From the NCBI GenBank assembly GCA_964016885.1, contig OZ024740.1:140864001-140928000 (forward strand): 64,000 bases of DNA, read 5' to 3'. This document shows, in pieces, positions 14,301-27,049 of the stretch (position 1 is its first letter; every line of letters begins with the position of its first letter). The notes under the pieces are model-generated. The model was not told where the DNA came from, made no database searches, and saw only the letters and a program-made list of their open reading frames with translations. This DNA comes from Eledone cirrhosa. Its lineage: Eukaryota. The position numbers and the translations under genes were made by a program.

Positions 14301-17300
14301 GGTATGGTTGTGTGGTATAGTTGTAGGTAGGGTTGTGTGGTATAGATGTAGGTATGGTTGTGTGGTATAGATGTAGGGATGGTTGTGTGATATAGATGTA
14401 GGTATGGTTGTGTGCTATAGATGTAGGTATGGTTGTGTTGTATAGTTGTAGGGATGGTTGTGTGGTATAGCTGTAGGTATGGTTGTGTGGTATAGTTGTA
14501 GGTATGGTTGTGTGGTATAGATGTAGGTATGGTTGTGTGGTATAGTTGTAGGTATGGTTGTGTGGTATAGATGTAGGTATGGTTGTGTGGTATAGATGTA
14601 GGAATGGTTGTGTGGTATAGTTGTAGGTATGGTTGTGTGGTATAGATGTAGGGATGGTTGTGTGGTATAGTTGTAGGGATGGTTGTGTGGAATAGTTGTA
14701 GGTATGGTTGTGTGGTATAGATGTAGGGATGGTTGTGTGGTATAGATGTAGGGATGGTTGTGTGGTATGGATGTAGGGATGGTTGTGTGGTATAGATGTA
14801 GGTATGGTTGTGTGGTATAGATGTAGGGATGGTTGTGTGGTATAGATGTAGGTAGGGTTGTGTGGTATAGATGTAGGGATGGTTGTGTGGTATAGTTGTA
14901 GGGATGGTTGTGTGGTATAGATGTAGGGATGGTTGTGTGGTATAGATGTACGGATGGTTGTGTGGTATAGTTGTAGGTATGGTTGTGTGGTATAGATGTA
15001 GGTATGGTTGTGTGGTATAGATGTAGGGATGGTTGTGTGGTATAGATGTAGGGATGGTTGTGTGGTATAGTTGTAGGGATGGTTGTGTGGTATAGATGTA
15101 GGTATGGTTGTGTGGTATAGATGTAGGTATGGTTGTGTGGTATAGATGTAGGGATGGTTGTGTGGTATAGATGTAGGTAGGGTTGTGTGGTATAGATGTA
15201 GGTATGGTTGTGTGGTATAGATGTAGGGATGGTTGTGTGGTATAGTTGTAGGGATGGTTATGTGGTATAGATGTAGGTATGGTTGTGTGGTATAGATGTA
15301 GTTATGGTTGTGTGGTCTGGATGTAGGTATGGTTGTGTGGTATAGTTGTAGGGATGGTTGTGTGGTATAGATGTAGGTATGGTTGTGTGGTATAGATGTA
15401 GGTATGGTTGTGTGGTATAGATGTAGGGATGGTTGTGTGGTATAGATGTAGGGATGGTTGTGTGGTATAGATGTAGGGATGGTTGTGTGGTATGGATGTA
15501 GGGATGGTTGTGTGGTATAGATGTAGGTATGGTTGTGTGGTATAGATGTAGAGATGGTTGTGTGGTATAGATGTAGGTAGGGTTGTGTGGTATAGATGTA
15601 GGTATGGTTGTGTGGTATAGATGTAGGGATGGTTGTGTGGTATAGATGTAGGTAGGGTTGTGTGGTATAGATGTAGGTATGGTTGTGTGGTATAGATGTA
15701 GGGATGGTTGTGTGGTATAGTTGTAGGGATGGTTGTGTGGTATAGATGTAGGTATGGTTGTGTGGTATAGATGTAGTTATGGTTGTGTGGTCTGGATGTA
15801 GGTATGGTTGTGTGGTATAGTTGTAGGGATGGTTGTGTGGTATAGATGTAGGTATGGTTGTGTGGTATAGATGTAGGTATGGTTGTGTGGTATAGATGTA
15901 GGGATGGTTGTGTGGTATAGATGTAGGGATGGTTGTGTGGTATAGATGTAGGTATGGTTGTGTGGTATAATTGTAGGTATGGTTCTGTGATATAGATGTA
16001 GGTATGATTGTGTGGTATAGTTGTAGGTATGGTTGTGTGGTATAGTTGTAGGTATGGTTGTGTGGTATAGTTGTAGGTATGGTTGTGTGGTATAGTTGTA
16101 GGGATGGTTGTGTGGTTTAGTTGTAGGTATGGTTGTGTGGTATAGATGTAGGTATGGTTGTGTTGTATAGATGTAGGCATGGTTGTGTGGTATAGATGTA
16201 GGTATGGTTGTGTGGTATAGATGTAGGGATGGTTGTGTGGTATAGTTGTAGGTATGGTTGTGTGGTATAGATGTAGGGATGGTTGTGTGGTCTGGATGTA
16301 GGTATGGTTGTGTGGTATAGTTGTAGGTATGGTTGTGTGGTATAGATGTAGGGATGGTTGTGTGGTATAGATGTAGGTATGGTTGTGTGGTATAGTTGTA
16401 GGTAGGGTTGTGTGGTATAGTTGTAGGTATGGTTGTGTGGTATAATTGTAGGTATGGTTCTGTGATATAGATGTAGGGATGGCTGTGTGATATAGATGTA
16501 GGTATGGTTGTGTGGTATAGTTGTAGGTATGGTTCTGTGATATAGATGTAGGTATGGTTGTGTGGTATAATTGTAGGTATGGTTCTGTGATATAGATGTA
16601 GGGATGGCTGTGTGATATAGATGTAGGTATGGTTGTGTGGTATAGTTGTAGGGATGGTTGTGTGGTATAGATGTAGGTATGGTTGTGTGGTATAGTTGTA
16701 GGTATGGTTGTGTGGTATAGTTGTAGGGATGGTTGTGTGGTATAGTTGTAGGTATGGTTGTGTGGTATAGTTGTAGGTATGGTTGTGTGGTATAGTTGTA
16801 GGTATGGTTGTGTGATATAGATGTAGGGATGGTTGTGTGGTATAGTTGTAGGGATGGTTGTGTGGTATAGTTGTAGGTATGGTTGTGTGATATAGATGTA
16901 GGGATGGTTGTGTGGTATAGATGTAGGGATGGTTGTGTGGTATAGTTGTAGGGATGGTTGTGTGGTATAGATGTAGGGATGGTTGTGTGGTGTAGATGTA
17001 GGTATGGTTGTGTGCGTATAGTTGTAGGTATGGTTGTGTGGTATAGTTGTAGGTATGGTTGTGTGGTATAGATGTAGGTATGGTTGTGTGGTATAGATGT
17101 AGGTATGGTTGTGTGGTATAGTTGTAGGTATGGTTGTGTGATATAGATGTAGGGATGGTTGTGTGGTATAGTTGTAGGGATGGTTGTGTGGTGTTAGATG
17201 TAGGTATGATTGTGTTGTATAGTTGTAGGTATGGTTGTGTGTATAGTTGTAGGTATGGTTGTGTGGTATAGATGTAGGGATGGTTGTGTTGTATAGTTGT

Positions 17301-20300
17301 AGGTATGGTTGTGTGGTATAGTTGTAGGTATGGTTGTGTGATATAGATGTAGGGATGGTTGTGTGGTATAGTTGTAGGGATGGTTGTGTGGTATAGATGT
17401 AGGGATGGTTGTGTGATATAGATGTAGGGATGGTTGTGTGGTATAGTTGTAGGGATGATTGTGTGGTATAGATGTAGGTATGATTGTGTTGTATAGTTGT
17501 AGGGATGGTTGTGTGGTATAGATGTAGGTATGGTTGTGTGGTATAGTTGTAGGTATGGTTGTGTGGTATAGTTGGAGGGATGGTTGTGTGGTATAGTTGT
17601 AGGGATGGTTGTGTGGTATAGATGTAGGTATGATTGTGTTGTATAGTTGTAGGGATGGTTCTGTGGTATAGATGTAGGTATGCTTGTGTGGTATAGTTGT
17701 AGGTATGGTTGTGTGGTATAGTTGTAGGGATGGTTGTGTGTTATAGATGTAGGTATGGTTGTGTGGTATAGATGTAGGGATGGTTGTGTGGTATAGATGT
17801 AGGGATGGTTGTGTGGTATAGTTGTAGGTATGGTTGTGTGGTATAGTTGTAGGTATGGTTGTGTGTTATAGATGTAGGGATGGTTGTGTGGTATAGATGT
17901 AGGGATGGTTGTGTGGTATAGTTGTAGGTATGGTTGTGTGGTATTGATGTAGGTATGGTTGTGTGGTATAGTTGTAGGTATGGTTGTGTGGTATAGTTGT
18001 AGGTATGGTTGTGTGGTATAGTTGAAGGTATGGTTGTGTGGTATAGATTTAGGGATGGTTGTGTGGTATAGATGTAGGTATGGTTGCGTGGTATAGTTGT
18101 AGGTATGGTTGTGTGGTATAGATGTAGGGATGGTTGTGTGGTATAGTTGAAGGTATGGTTGTGTGGTATAGATTTAGGGATGGTTGTGTGGTATAGATGT
18201 AGGTATGGTTGTGTGGTATAGTTGTAGGCATGGTTGTGTGGTATAGTTGTAGGTAAGGTTGTGTGGTATAGTTGTAGGTATGGTTGTGTGGTATAGTTGT
18301 AGGGATGGTTGTGTGATATAGATGTAGGTATGGTTGTGTGGTATAGATGTAGGGATGGTTGTGTGGTATAGATGTAGGGATGGTTGTGTGGTATAGTTGT
18401 AGGTATGGTTGTGTGGTATAGATGTAGGGATGGTTGTGTGGTATAGTTGTAGGGATGGTTGTGTGGTATAGTTGTAGGTATGGTTGTGTGGTATAGATGT
18501 AGGGATGGTTGTGTGGTATAGTTGTAGGTATGGTTGTGTGGTATAGATGCAGGGATGGTTGTGTGGTATAGTTGTAGGTATGGTTGTGTGGTATAGATGT
18601 AGGTATGGTTGTGTGGTATAGATGTAGGGATGGTTGTGTGGTATAGTTTTAGGTATGGTTGTGTGGTATAGATGTAGGGATGGTTGTGTGGTATAGATGT
18701 AGGGATGGTTGTGTGGTATAGTTGTAGGGATGGTTGTGTGGTATAGATGTAGGGATGGTTGTGTGGTATAGTTGTAGGGATGGTTGTGTGGTATAGATGT
18801 AGGTATGGTTGTGTGGTATAGTTGTAGGGATGGTTGTGTGGTATAGATGTAGCCATGGTTGTGTGGTATAGATGTAGGTATGGTTGTGTGGTATAGTTGT
18901 AGGTATGGTTGTGTGGTATAGATGTAGGTATGGTTGTGTGGTATAGTCGTAGGTAGGGTTGTGTGGTATAGTTGTAGGGATGGTTGTGTGGTATAGTTGT
19001 AGGGATGGTTGTGTGGAATAGATGTAGGTATGGTTGTGTGGTATAGTTGTAGGTATGGTTGTGTGGTATAGTTGTAGGTATGGTTGTGTGGTATAGTTGT
19101 AGGTATGGTTGTGTGGTATAGTTGTAGGTATGGTTGTGTGGTATAGTTGTAGGGATGGTTGTGTGGGATAGTTGTAGGTATGGTTGTGTGGTATAGTTGT
19201 AGGGATCGTTGTGTGGTATAGTTGTAGGTATGGTTGTGTGGTATAGATGTAGTTATGGTTGTGTGGTATAGATGTAGGTATGGTTGTGTGGTATAGTTGT
19301 AGGTATGGTTGTGTGGTATAGTTGTAGGTATGATTGTGTGGTATAGTTGTAGGGATGGTTGTGTGGGATAGTTGTAGGTATGGTTGTGTGGTATAGATGT
19401 AGTTATGGTTGTGTGGTATAGATGTAGGTATGGTTGTGTGGTATAGTTGTAGGTATGATTGTGTGGTATAGTTGTAGTTATGGTTGTGTGATATAGTTGT
19501 AGGGATGGTTGTGTGGGATAGTTGTAGGTATGGTTGTGTGGTATAGTTGTAGGGATGGTTGTGTGGTATAGATGTAGGTATGGTTGTGTGGTATAGATGT
19601 AGGTATGGTTGTGTGGTATAGATGTAGGTATGGTTGTGTGGTATAGTTGTAGGTATGGTTGTGTGGTATAGATGTAGGTATGGTTGTGTGGTATAGTTGT
19701 AGTTATGGTTGTGTGGTATAGATGTAGTTATGGTTGTGTGGTATAGTTGTAGGGATGGTTGTGTGGTATAGTTGTAGGTATGGTTGTGTGGTATAGATGT
19801 AGGTATGGTTGTGTGGTATAGTTGTAGGGATGGTTGTGTGATATAGATGTAGGTATGGTTGTGTGGTATAGTTGTAGGTATGGTTGTGTGGTATAGATGT
19901 AGGGATGGTTGTGTGGTATAGATGTAGGTATGGTTGTGTGGTATAGATTTAGGTATGGTTGTGTGGTATAGTTGTAGGGATGGTTGTTTGGTATAGTTGT
20001 AGGGATGGTTGTGTGGTATAGATGTAGGTATGGTTGTGTGGTATAGATGTAGGGATAGTTGTGTGGTATAGATGTAGGTATGGTTGTGTGGTATAGATGT
20101 AGGTATGGTTGTGTGGTATAGTTGTAGGTATGGTTGTGTGGTATAGTTGTAGGGATGGTTGTGTGGTATAGATGTAGGTATGGTTGTGTGGTATAGATTT
20201 AGGTATGGTTGTGTGGTATAGTTGTAGGGATGGTTGTGTGGTATAGATGTAGGGATGGTTGTGTGGTATAGATGTAGGTATGGTTGTGTGGTATAGATGT

Positions 20301-23300
20301 AGGTAGAGTTGTGTGGTATAGATGTAGGTATGGTTGTGTGGTATAGATGTAGGGATGGTTGTGTGGTATAGATGTAGGTATGGTTGTGTGGTATAGATGT
20401 AGGTATGGTTGTGTTGTATAGTTGTAGGTATGGTTGTGTGGTATAGTTGTAGGTATGGTTGTGTGGTATAGATGTAGGGATGGTTGTGTGATATAGATGT
20501 AGGTATGGTTGTGTGCTATAGATGTAGGTATGGTTGTGTTGTATAGTTGTAGGGATGGTTGTGTGGTATAGATGTAGGGATGGTTGTGTGGTATAGATGT
20601 AGGGATGGTTGTGTGGTATAGATGTAGGTATGGTTGTGTGGTATAGATGTAGGGATGGTTGTGTGGTATAGTTGTAGGTATGGTTGTGTGGTATAGTTGT
20701 AGGTATGGTTGTGTGGTATAGATGTAGGTATGGTTGTGTGGTATAGTTGTAGGGATGGTTGTGTGGTATAGTTGTAGGTATGGTTGTGTGGTATAGTTGT
20801 AGGTATGGTTGTGTGGTATAGTTGTAGGTAGGGTTGTGTGGTATAGATGTAGGTATGGTTGTGTGGTATAGATGTAGGGATGGTTGTGTGATATAGATGT
20901 AGGTATGGTTGTGTGCTATAGATGTAGGTATGGTTGTGTTGTATAGTTGTAGGGATGGTTGTGTGGTATAGCTGTAGGTATGGTTGTGTGGTATAGTTGT
21001 AGGTATGGTTGTGTGGTATAGATGTAGGTATGGTTGTGTGGTATAGTTGTAGGTATGGTTGTGTGGTATAGATGTAGGTATGGTTGTGTGGTATAGATGT
21101 AGGAATGGTTGTGTGGTATAGTTGTAGGTATGGTTGTGTGGTATAGATGTAGGGATGGTTGTGTGGTATAGTTGTAGGGATGGTTGTGTGGAATAGTTGT
21201 AGGTATGGTTGTGTGGTATAGATGTAGGGATGGTTGTGTGGTATAGATGTAGGGATGGTTGTGTGGTATGGATGTAGGGATGGTTGTGTGGTATAGATGT
21301 AGGTATGGTTGTGTGGTATAGATGTAGGGATGGTTGTGTGGTATAGATGTAGGTAGGGTTGTGTGGTATAGATGTAGGGATGGTTGTGTGGTATAGTTGT
21401 AGGGATGGTTGTGTGGTATAGATGTAGGGATGGTTGTGTGGTATAGATGTACGGATGGTTGTGTGGTATAGTTGTAGGTATGGTTGTGTGGTATAGATGT
21501 AGGTATGGTTGTGTGGTATAGATGTAGGGATGGTTGTGTGGTATAGATGTAGGGATGGTTGTGTGGTATAGTTGTAGGGATGGTTGTGTGGTATAGATGT
21601 AGGTATGGTTGTGTGGTATAGATGTAGGTATGGTTGTGTGGTATAGATGTAGGGATGGTTGTGTGGTATAGATGTAGGTAGGGTTGTGTGGTATAGATGT
21701 AGGTATGGTTGTGTGGTATAGATGTAGGGATGGTTGTGTGGTATAGTTGTAGGGATGGTTATGTGGTATAGATGTAGGTATGGTTGTGTGGTATAGATGT
21801 AGTTATGGTTGTGTGGTCTGGATGTAGGTATGGTTGTGTGGTATAGTTGTAGGGATGGTTGTGTGGTATAGATGTAGGTATGGTTGTGTGGTATAGATGT
21901 AGGTATGGTTGTGTGGTATAGATGTAGGGATGGTTGTGTGGTATAGATGTAGGGATGGTTGTGTGGTATAGATGTAGGGATGGTTGTGTGGTATGGATGT
22001 AGGGATGGTTGTGTGGTATAGATGTAGGTATGGTTGTGTGGTATAGATGTAGAGATGGTTGTGTGGTATAGATGTAGGTAGGGTTGTGTGGTATAGATGT
22101 AGGTATGGTTGTGTGGTATAGATGTAGGGATGGTTGTGTGGTATAGATGTAGGTAGGGTTGTGTGGTATAGATGTAGGTATGGTTGTGTGGTATAGATGT
22201 AGGGATGGTTGTGTGGTATAGTTGTAGGGATGGTTGTGTGGTATAGATGTAGGTATGGTTGTGTGGTATAGATGTAGTTATGGTTGTGTGGTCTGGATGT
22301 AGGTATGGTTGTGTGGTATAGTTGTAGGGATGGTTGTGTGGTATAGATGTAGGTATGGTTGTGTGGTATAGATGTAGGTATGGTTGTGTGGTATAGATGT
22401 AGGGATGGTTGTGTGGTATAGATGTAGGGATGGTTGTGTGGTATAGATGTAGGTATGGTTGTGTGGTATAATTGTAGGTATGGTTCTGTGATATAGATGT
22501 AGGTATGATTGTGTGGTATAGTTGTAGGTATGGTTGTGTGGTATAGTTGTAGGTATGGTTGTGTGGTATAGTTGTAGGTATGGTTGTGTGGTATAGTTGT
22601 AGGGATGGTTGTGTGGTTTAGTTGTAGGTATGGTTGTGTGGTATAGATGTAGGTATGGTTGTGTTGTATAGATGTAGGCATGGTTGTGTGGTATAGATGT
22701 AGGTATGGTTGTGTGGTATAGATGTAGGGATGGTTGTGTGGTATAGTTGTAGGTATGGTTGTGTGGTATAGATGTAGGGATGGTTGTGTGGTCTGGATGT
22801 AGGTATGGTTGTGTGGTATAGTTGTAGGTATGGTTGTGTGGTATAGATGTAGGGATGGTTGTGTGGTATAGATGTAGGTATGGTTGTGTGGTATAGTTGT
22901 AGGTAGGGTTGTGTGGTATAGTTGTAGGTATGGTTGTGTGGTATAATTGTAGGTATGGTTCTGTGATATAGATGTAGGGATGGCTGTGTGATATAGATGT
23001 AGGTATGGTTGTGTGGTATAGTTGTAGGTATGGTTCTGTGATATAGATGTAGGTATGGTTGTGTGGTATAATTGTAGGTATGGTTCTGTGATATAGATGT
23101 AGGGATGGCTGTGTGATATAGATGTAGGTATGGTTGTGTGGTATAGTTGTAGGGATGGTTGTGTGGTATAGATGTAGGTATGGTTGTGTGGTATAGTTGT
23201 AGGTATGGTTGTGTGGTATAGTTGTAGGGATGGTTGTGTGGTATAGTTGTAGGTATGGTTGTGTGGTATAGTTGTAGGTATGGTTGTGTGGTATAGTTGT

Positions 23301-26300
23301 AGGTATGGTTGTGTGATATAGATGTAGGGATGGTTGTGTGGTATAGTTGTAGGGATGGTTGTGTGGTATAGTTGTAGGTATGGTTGTGTGATATAGATGT
23401 AGGGATGGTTGTGTGGTATAGATGTAGGGATGGTTGTGTGGTATAGTTGTAGGGATGGTTGTGTGGTATAGATGTAGGGATGGTTGTGTGGTGTAGATGT
23501 AGGTATGGTTGTGTGGTATAGTTGTAGGTATGGTTGTGTGGTATAGTTGTAGGTATGGTTGTGTGGTATAGATGTAGGTATGGTTGTGTGGTATAGATGT
23601 AGGTATGGTTGTGTGGTATAGTTGTAGGTATGGTTGTGTGATATAGATGTAGGGATGGTTGTGTGGTATAGTTGTAGGGATGGTTGTGTGGTGTTAGATG
23701 TAGGTATGATTGTGTTGTATAGTTGTAGGTATGGTTGTGTGGTATAGTTGTAGGTATGGTTGTGTGGTATAGATGTAGGGATGGTTGTGTTGTATAGTTG
23801 TAGGTATGGTTGTGTGGTATAGTTGTAGGTATGGTTGTGTGATATAGATGTAGGGATGGTTGTGTGGTATAGTTGTAGGGATGGTTGTGTGGTATAGATG
23901 TAGGGATGGTTGTGTGATATAGATGTAGGGATGGTTGTGTGGTATAGTTGTAGGGATGATTGTGTGGTATAGATGTAGGTATGATTGTGTTGTATAGTTG
24001 TAGGGATGGTTGTGTGGTATAGATGTAGGTATGGTTGTGTGGTATAGTTGTAGGTATGGTTGTGTGGTATAGTTGGAGGGATGGTTGTGTGGTATAGTTG
24101 TAGGGATGGTTGTGTGGTATAGATGTAGGTATGATTGTGTTGTATAGTTGTAGGGATGGTTCTGTGGTATAGATGTAGGTATGCTTGTGTGGTATAGTTG
24201 TAGGTATGGTTGTGTGGTATAGTTGTAGGGATGGTTGTGTGTTATAGATGTAGGTATGGTTGTGTGGTATAGATGTAGGGATGGTTGTGTGGTATAGATG
24301 TAGGGATGGTTGTGTGGTATAGTTGTAGGTATGGTTGTGTGGTATAGTTGTAGGTATGGTTGTGTGTTATAGATGTAGGGATGGTTGTGTGGTATAGATG
24401 TAGGGATGGTTGTGTGGTATAGTTGTAGGTATGGTTGTGTGGTATTGATGTAGGTATGGTTGTGTGGTATAGTTGTAGGTATGGTTGTGTGGTATAGTTG
24501 TAGGTATGGTTGTGTGGTATAGTTGAAGGTATGGTTGTGTGGTATAGATTTAGGGATGGTTGTGTGGTATAGATGTAGGTATGGTTGCGTGGTATAGTTG
24601 TAGGTATGGTTGTGTGGTATAGATGTAGGGATGGTTGTGTGGTATAGTTGAAGGTATGGTTGTGTGGTATAGATTTAGGGATGGTTGTGTGGTATAGATG
24701 TAGGTATGGTTGTGTGGTATAGTTGTAGGCATGGTTGTGTGGTATAGTTGTAGGTAAGGTTGTGTGGTATAGTTGTAGGTATGGTTGTGTGGTATAGTTG
24801 TAGGGATGGTTGTGTGATATAGATGTAGGTATGGTTGTGTGGTATAGATGTAGGGATGGTTGTGTGGTATAGATGTAGGGATGGTTGTGTGGTATAGTTG
24901 TAGGTATGGTTGTGTGGTATAGATGTAGGGATGGTTGTGTGGTATAGTTGTAGGGATGGTTGTGTGGTATAGTTGTAGGTATGGTTGTGTGGTATAGATG
25001 TAGGGATGGTTGTGTGGTATAGTTGTAGGTATGGTTGTGTGGTATAGATGCAGGGATGGTTGTGTGGTATAGTTGTAGGTATGGTTGTGTGGTATAGATG
25101 TAGGTATGGTTGTGTGGTATAGATGTAGGGATGGTTGTGTGGTATAGTTTTAGGTATGGTTGTGTGGTATAGATGTAGGGATGGTTGTGTGGTATAGATG
25201 TAGGGATGGTTGTGTGGTATAGTTGTAGGGATGGTTGTGTGGTATAGATGTAGGGATGGTTGTGTGGTATAGTTGTAGGGATGGTTGTGTGGTATAGATG
25301 TAGGTATGGTTGTGTGGTATAGTTGTAGGGATGGTTGTGTGGTATAGATGTAGCCATGGTTGTGTGGTATAGATGTAGGTATGGTTGTGTGGTATAGTTG
25401 TAGGTATGGTTGTGTGGTATAGATGTAGGTATGGTTGTGTGGTATAGTCGTAGGTAGGGTTGTGTGGTATAGTTGTAGGGATGGTTGTGTGGTATAGTTG
25501 TAGGGATGGTTGTGTGGAATAGATGTAGGTATGGTTGTGTGGTATAGTTGTAGGTATGGTTGTGTGGTATAGTTGTAGGTATGGTTGTGTGGTATAGTTG
25601 TAGGTATGGTTGTGTGGTATAGTTGTAGGTATGGTTGTGTGGTATAGTTGTAGGGATGGTTGTGTGGGATAGTTGTAGGTATGGTTGTGTGGTATAGTTG
25701 TAGGGATCGTTGTGTGGTATAGTTGTAGGTATGGTTGTGTGGTATAGATGTAGTTATGGTTGTGTGGTATAGATGTAGGTATGGTTGTGTGGTATAGTTG
25801 TAGGTATGGTTGTGTGGTATAGTTGTAGGTATGATTGTGTGGTATAGTTGTAGGGATGGTTGTGTGGGATAGTTGTAGGTATGGTTGTGTGGTATAGATG
25901 TAGTTATGGTTGTGTGGTATAGATGTAGGTATGGTTGTGTGGTATAGTTGTAGTTATGGTTGTGTGATATAGTTGTAGGGATGGTTGTGTGGGATAGTTG
26001 TAGGTATGGTTGTGTGGTATAGTTGTAGGGATGGTTGTGTGGTATAGATGTAGGTATGGTTGTGTGGTATAGATGTAGGTATGGTTGTGTGGTATAGATG
26101 TAGGTATGGTTGTGTGGTATAGTTGTAGGTATGGTTGTGTGGTATAGATGTAGGTATGGTTGTGTGGTATAGTTGTAGTTATGGTTGTGTGGTATAGATG
26201 TAGTTATGGTTGTGTGGTATAGTTGTAGGGATGGTTGTGTGGTATAGTTGTAGGTATGGTTGTGTGGTATAGATGTAGGTATGGTTGTGTGGTATAGTTG

Positions 26301-26730
26301 TAGGGATGGTTGTGTGATATAGATGTAGGTATGGTTGTGTGGTATAGTTGTAGGTATGGTTGTGTGGTATAGATGTAGGGATGGTTGTGTGGTATAGATG
26401 TAGGTATGGTTGTGTGGTATAGATTTAGGTATGGTTGTGTGGTATAGTTGTAGGGATGGTTGTTTGGTATAGTTGTAGGGATGGTTGTGTGGTATAGATG
26501 TAGGTATGGTTGTGTGGTATAGATGTAGGGATAGTTGTGTGGTATAGATGTAGGTATGGTTGTGTGGTATAGATGTAGGTATGGTTGTGTGGTATAGTTG
26601 TAGGTATGGTTGTGTGGTATAGTTGTAGGGATGGTTGTGTGGTATAGATGTAGGTATGGTTGTGTGGTATAGATTTAGGTATGGTTGTGTGGTATAGTTG
26701 TAGGGATGGTTGTGTGGTATAGATGTAGGT
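8330..26730 (+). repeat. Higher-order repeat: ~2.8 near-identical copies of a ~6.5-kb (~260-monomer) block (A ~8330-14025, B ~14026-20231, C ~20232-26730)
   Basis: Identical ORFs at 9901/15302/21803 and 12340/17741/24242 give offsets of 5401 and 6501. Rare variants recur at these offsets (the GTGTTAGAT +1 insertion near 11790/17192/23692, and GCCATGG, GTCGTAGG, GGATCGTT). Confidence 0.93.
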
Positions 26731-27049
26731 ATGGTTGTGTGGTATAGATGTAGGGATGGTTGTGTGGTATAGATGTAGGTATGGTTGTGTGGTATAGTTG
26801 TAGGTATGGTTGTGTGGTATAGATGTAGGGATGGTTGTGTGGTATAGATGTAGGGATGGTTGTGTGGTATAGATGTAGGTATGGTTGTGTGGTATAGATG
26901 TAGGGATGGTTGTGTGGTATAGTTGTAGGTATGGTTGTGTGGTATAGATGTAGGTATGGTTGTGTGGTATAGATGTAGGCATGGTTGTGTGGTATAGATG
27001 TAGGGATGGTTGTGTGGTATAGTTGTAGGGATGGTTGTGCGGTATAGAT

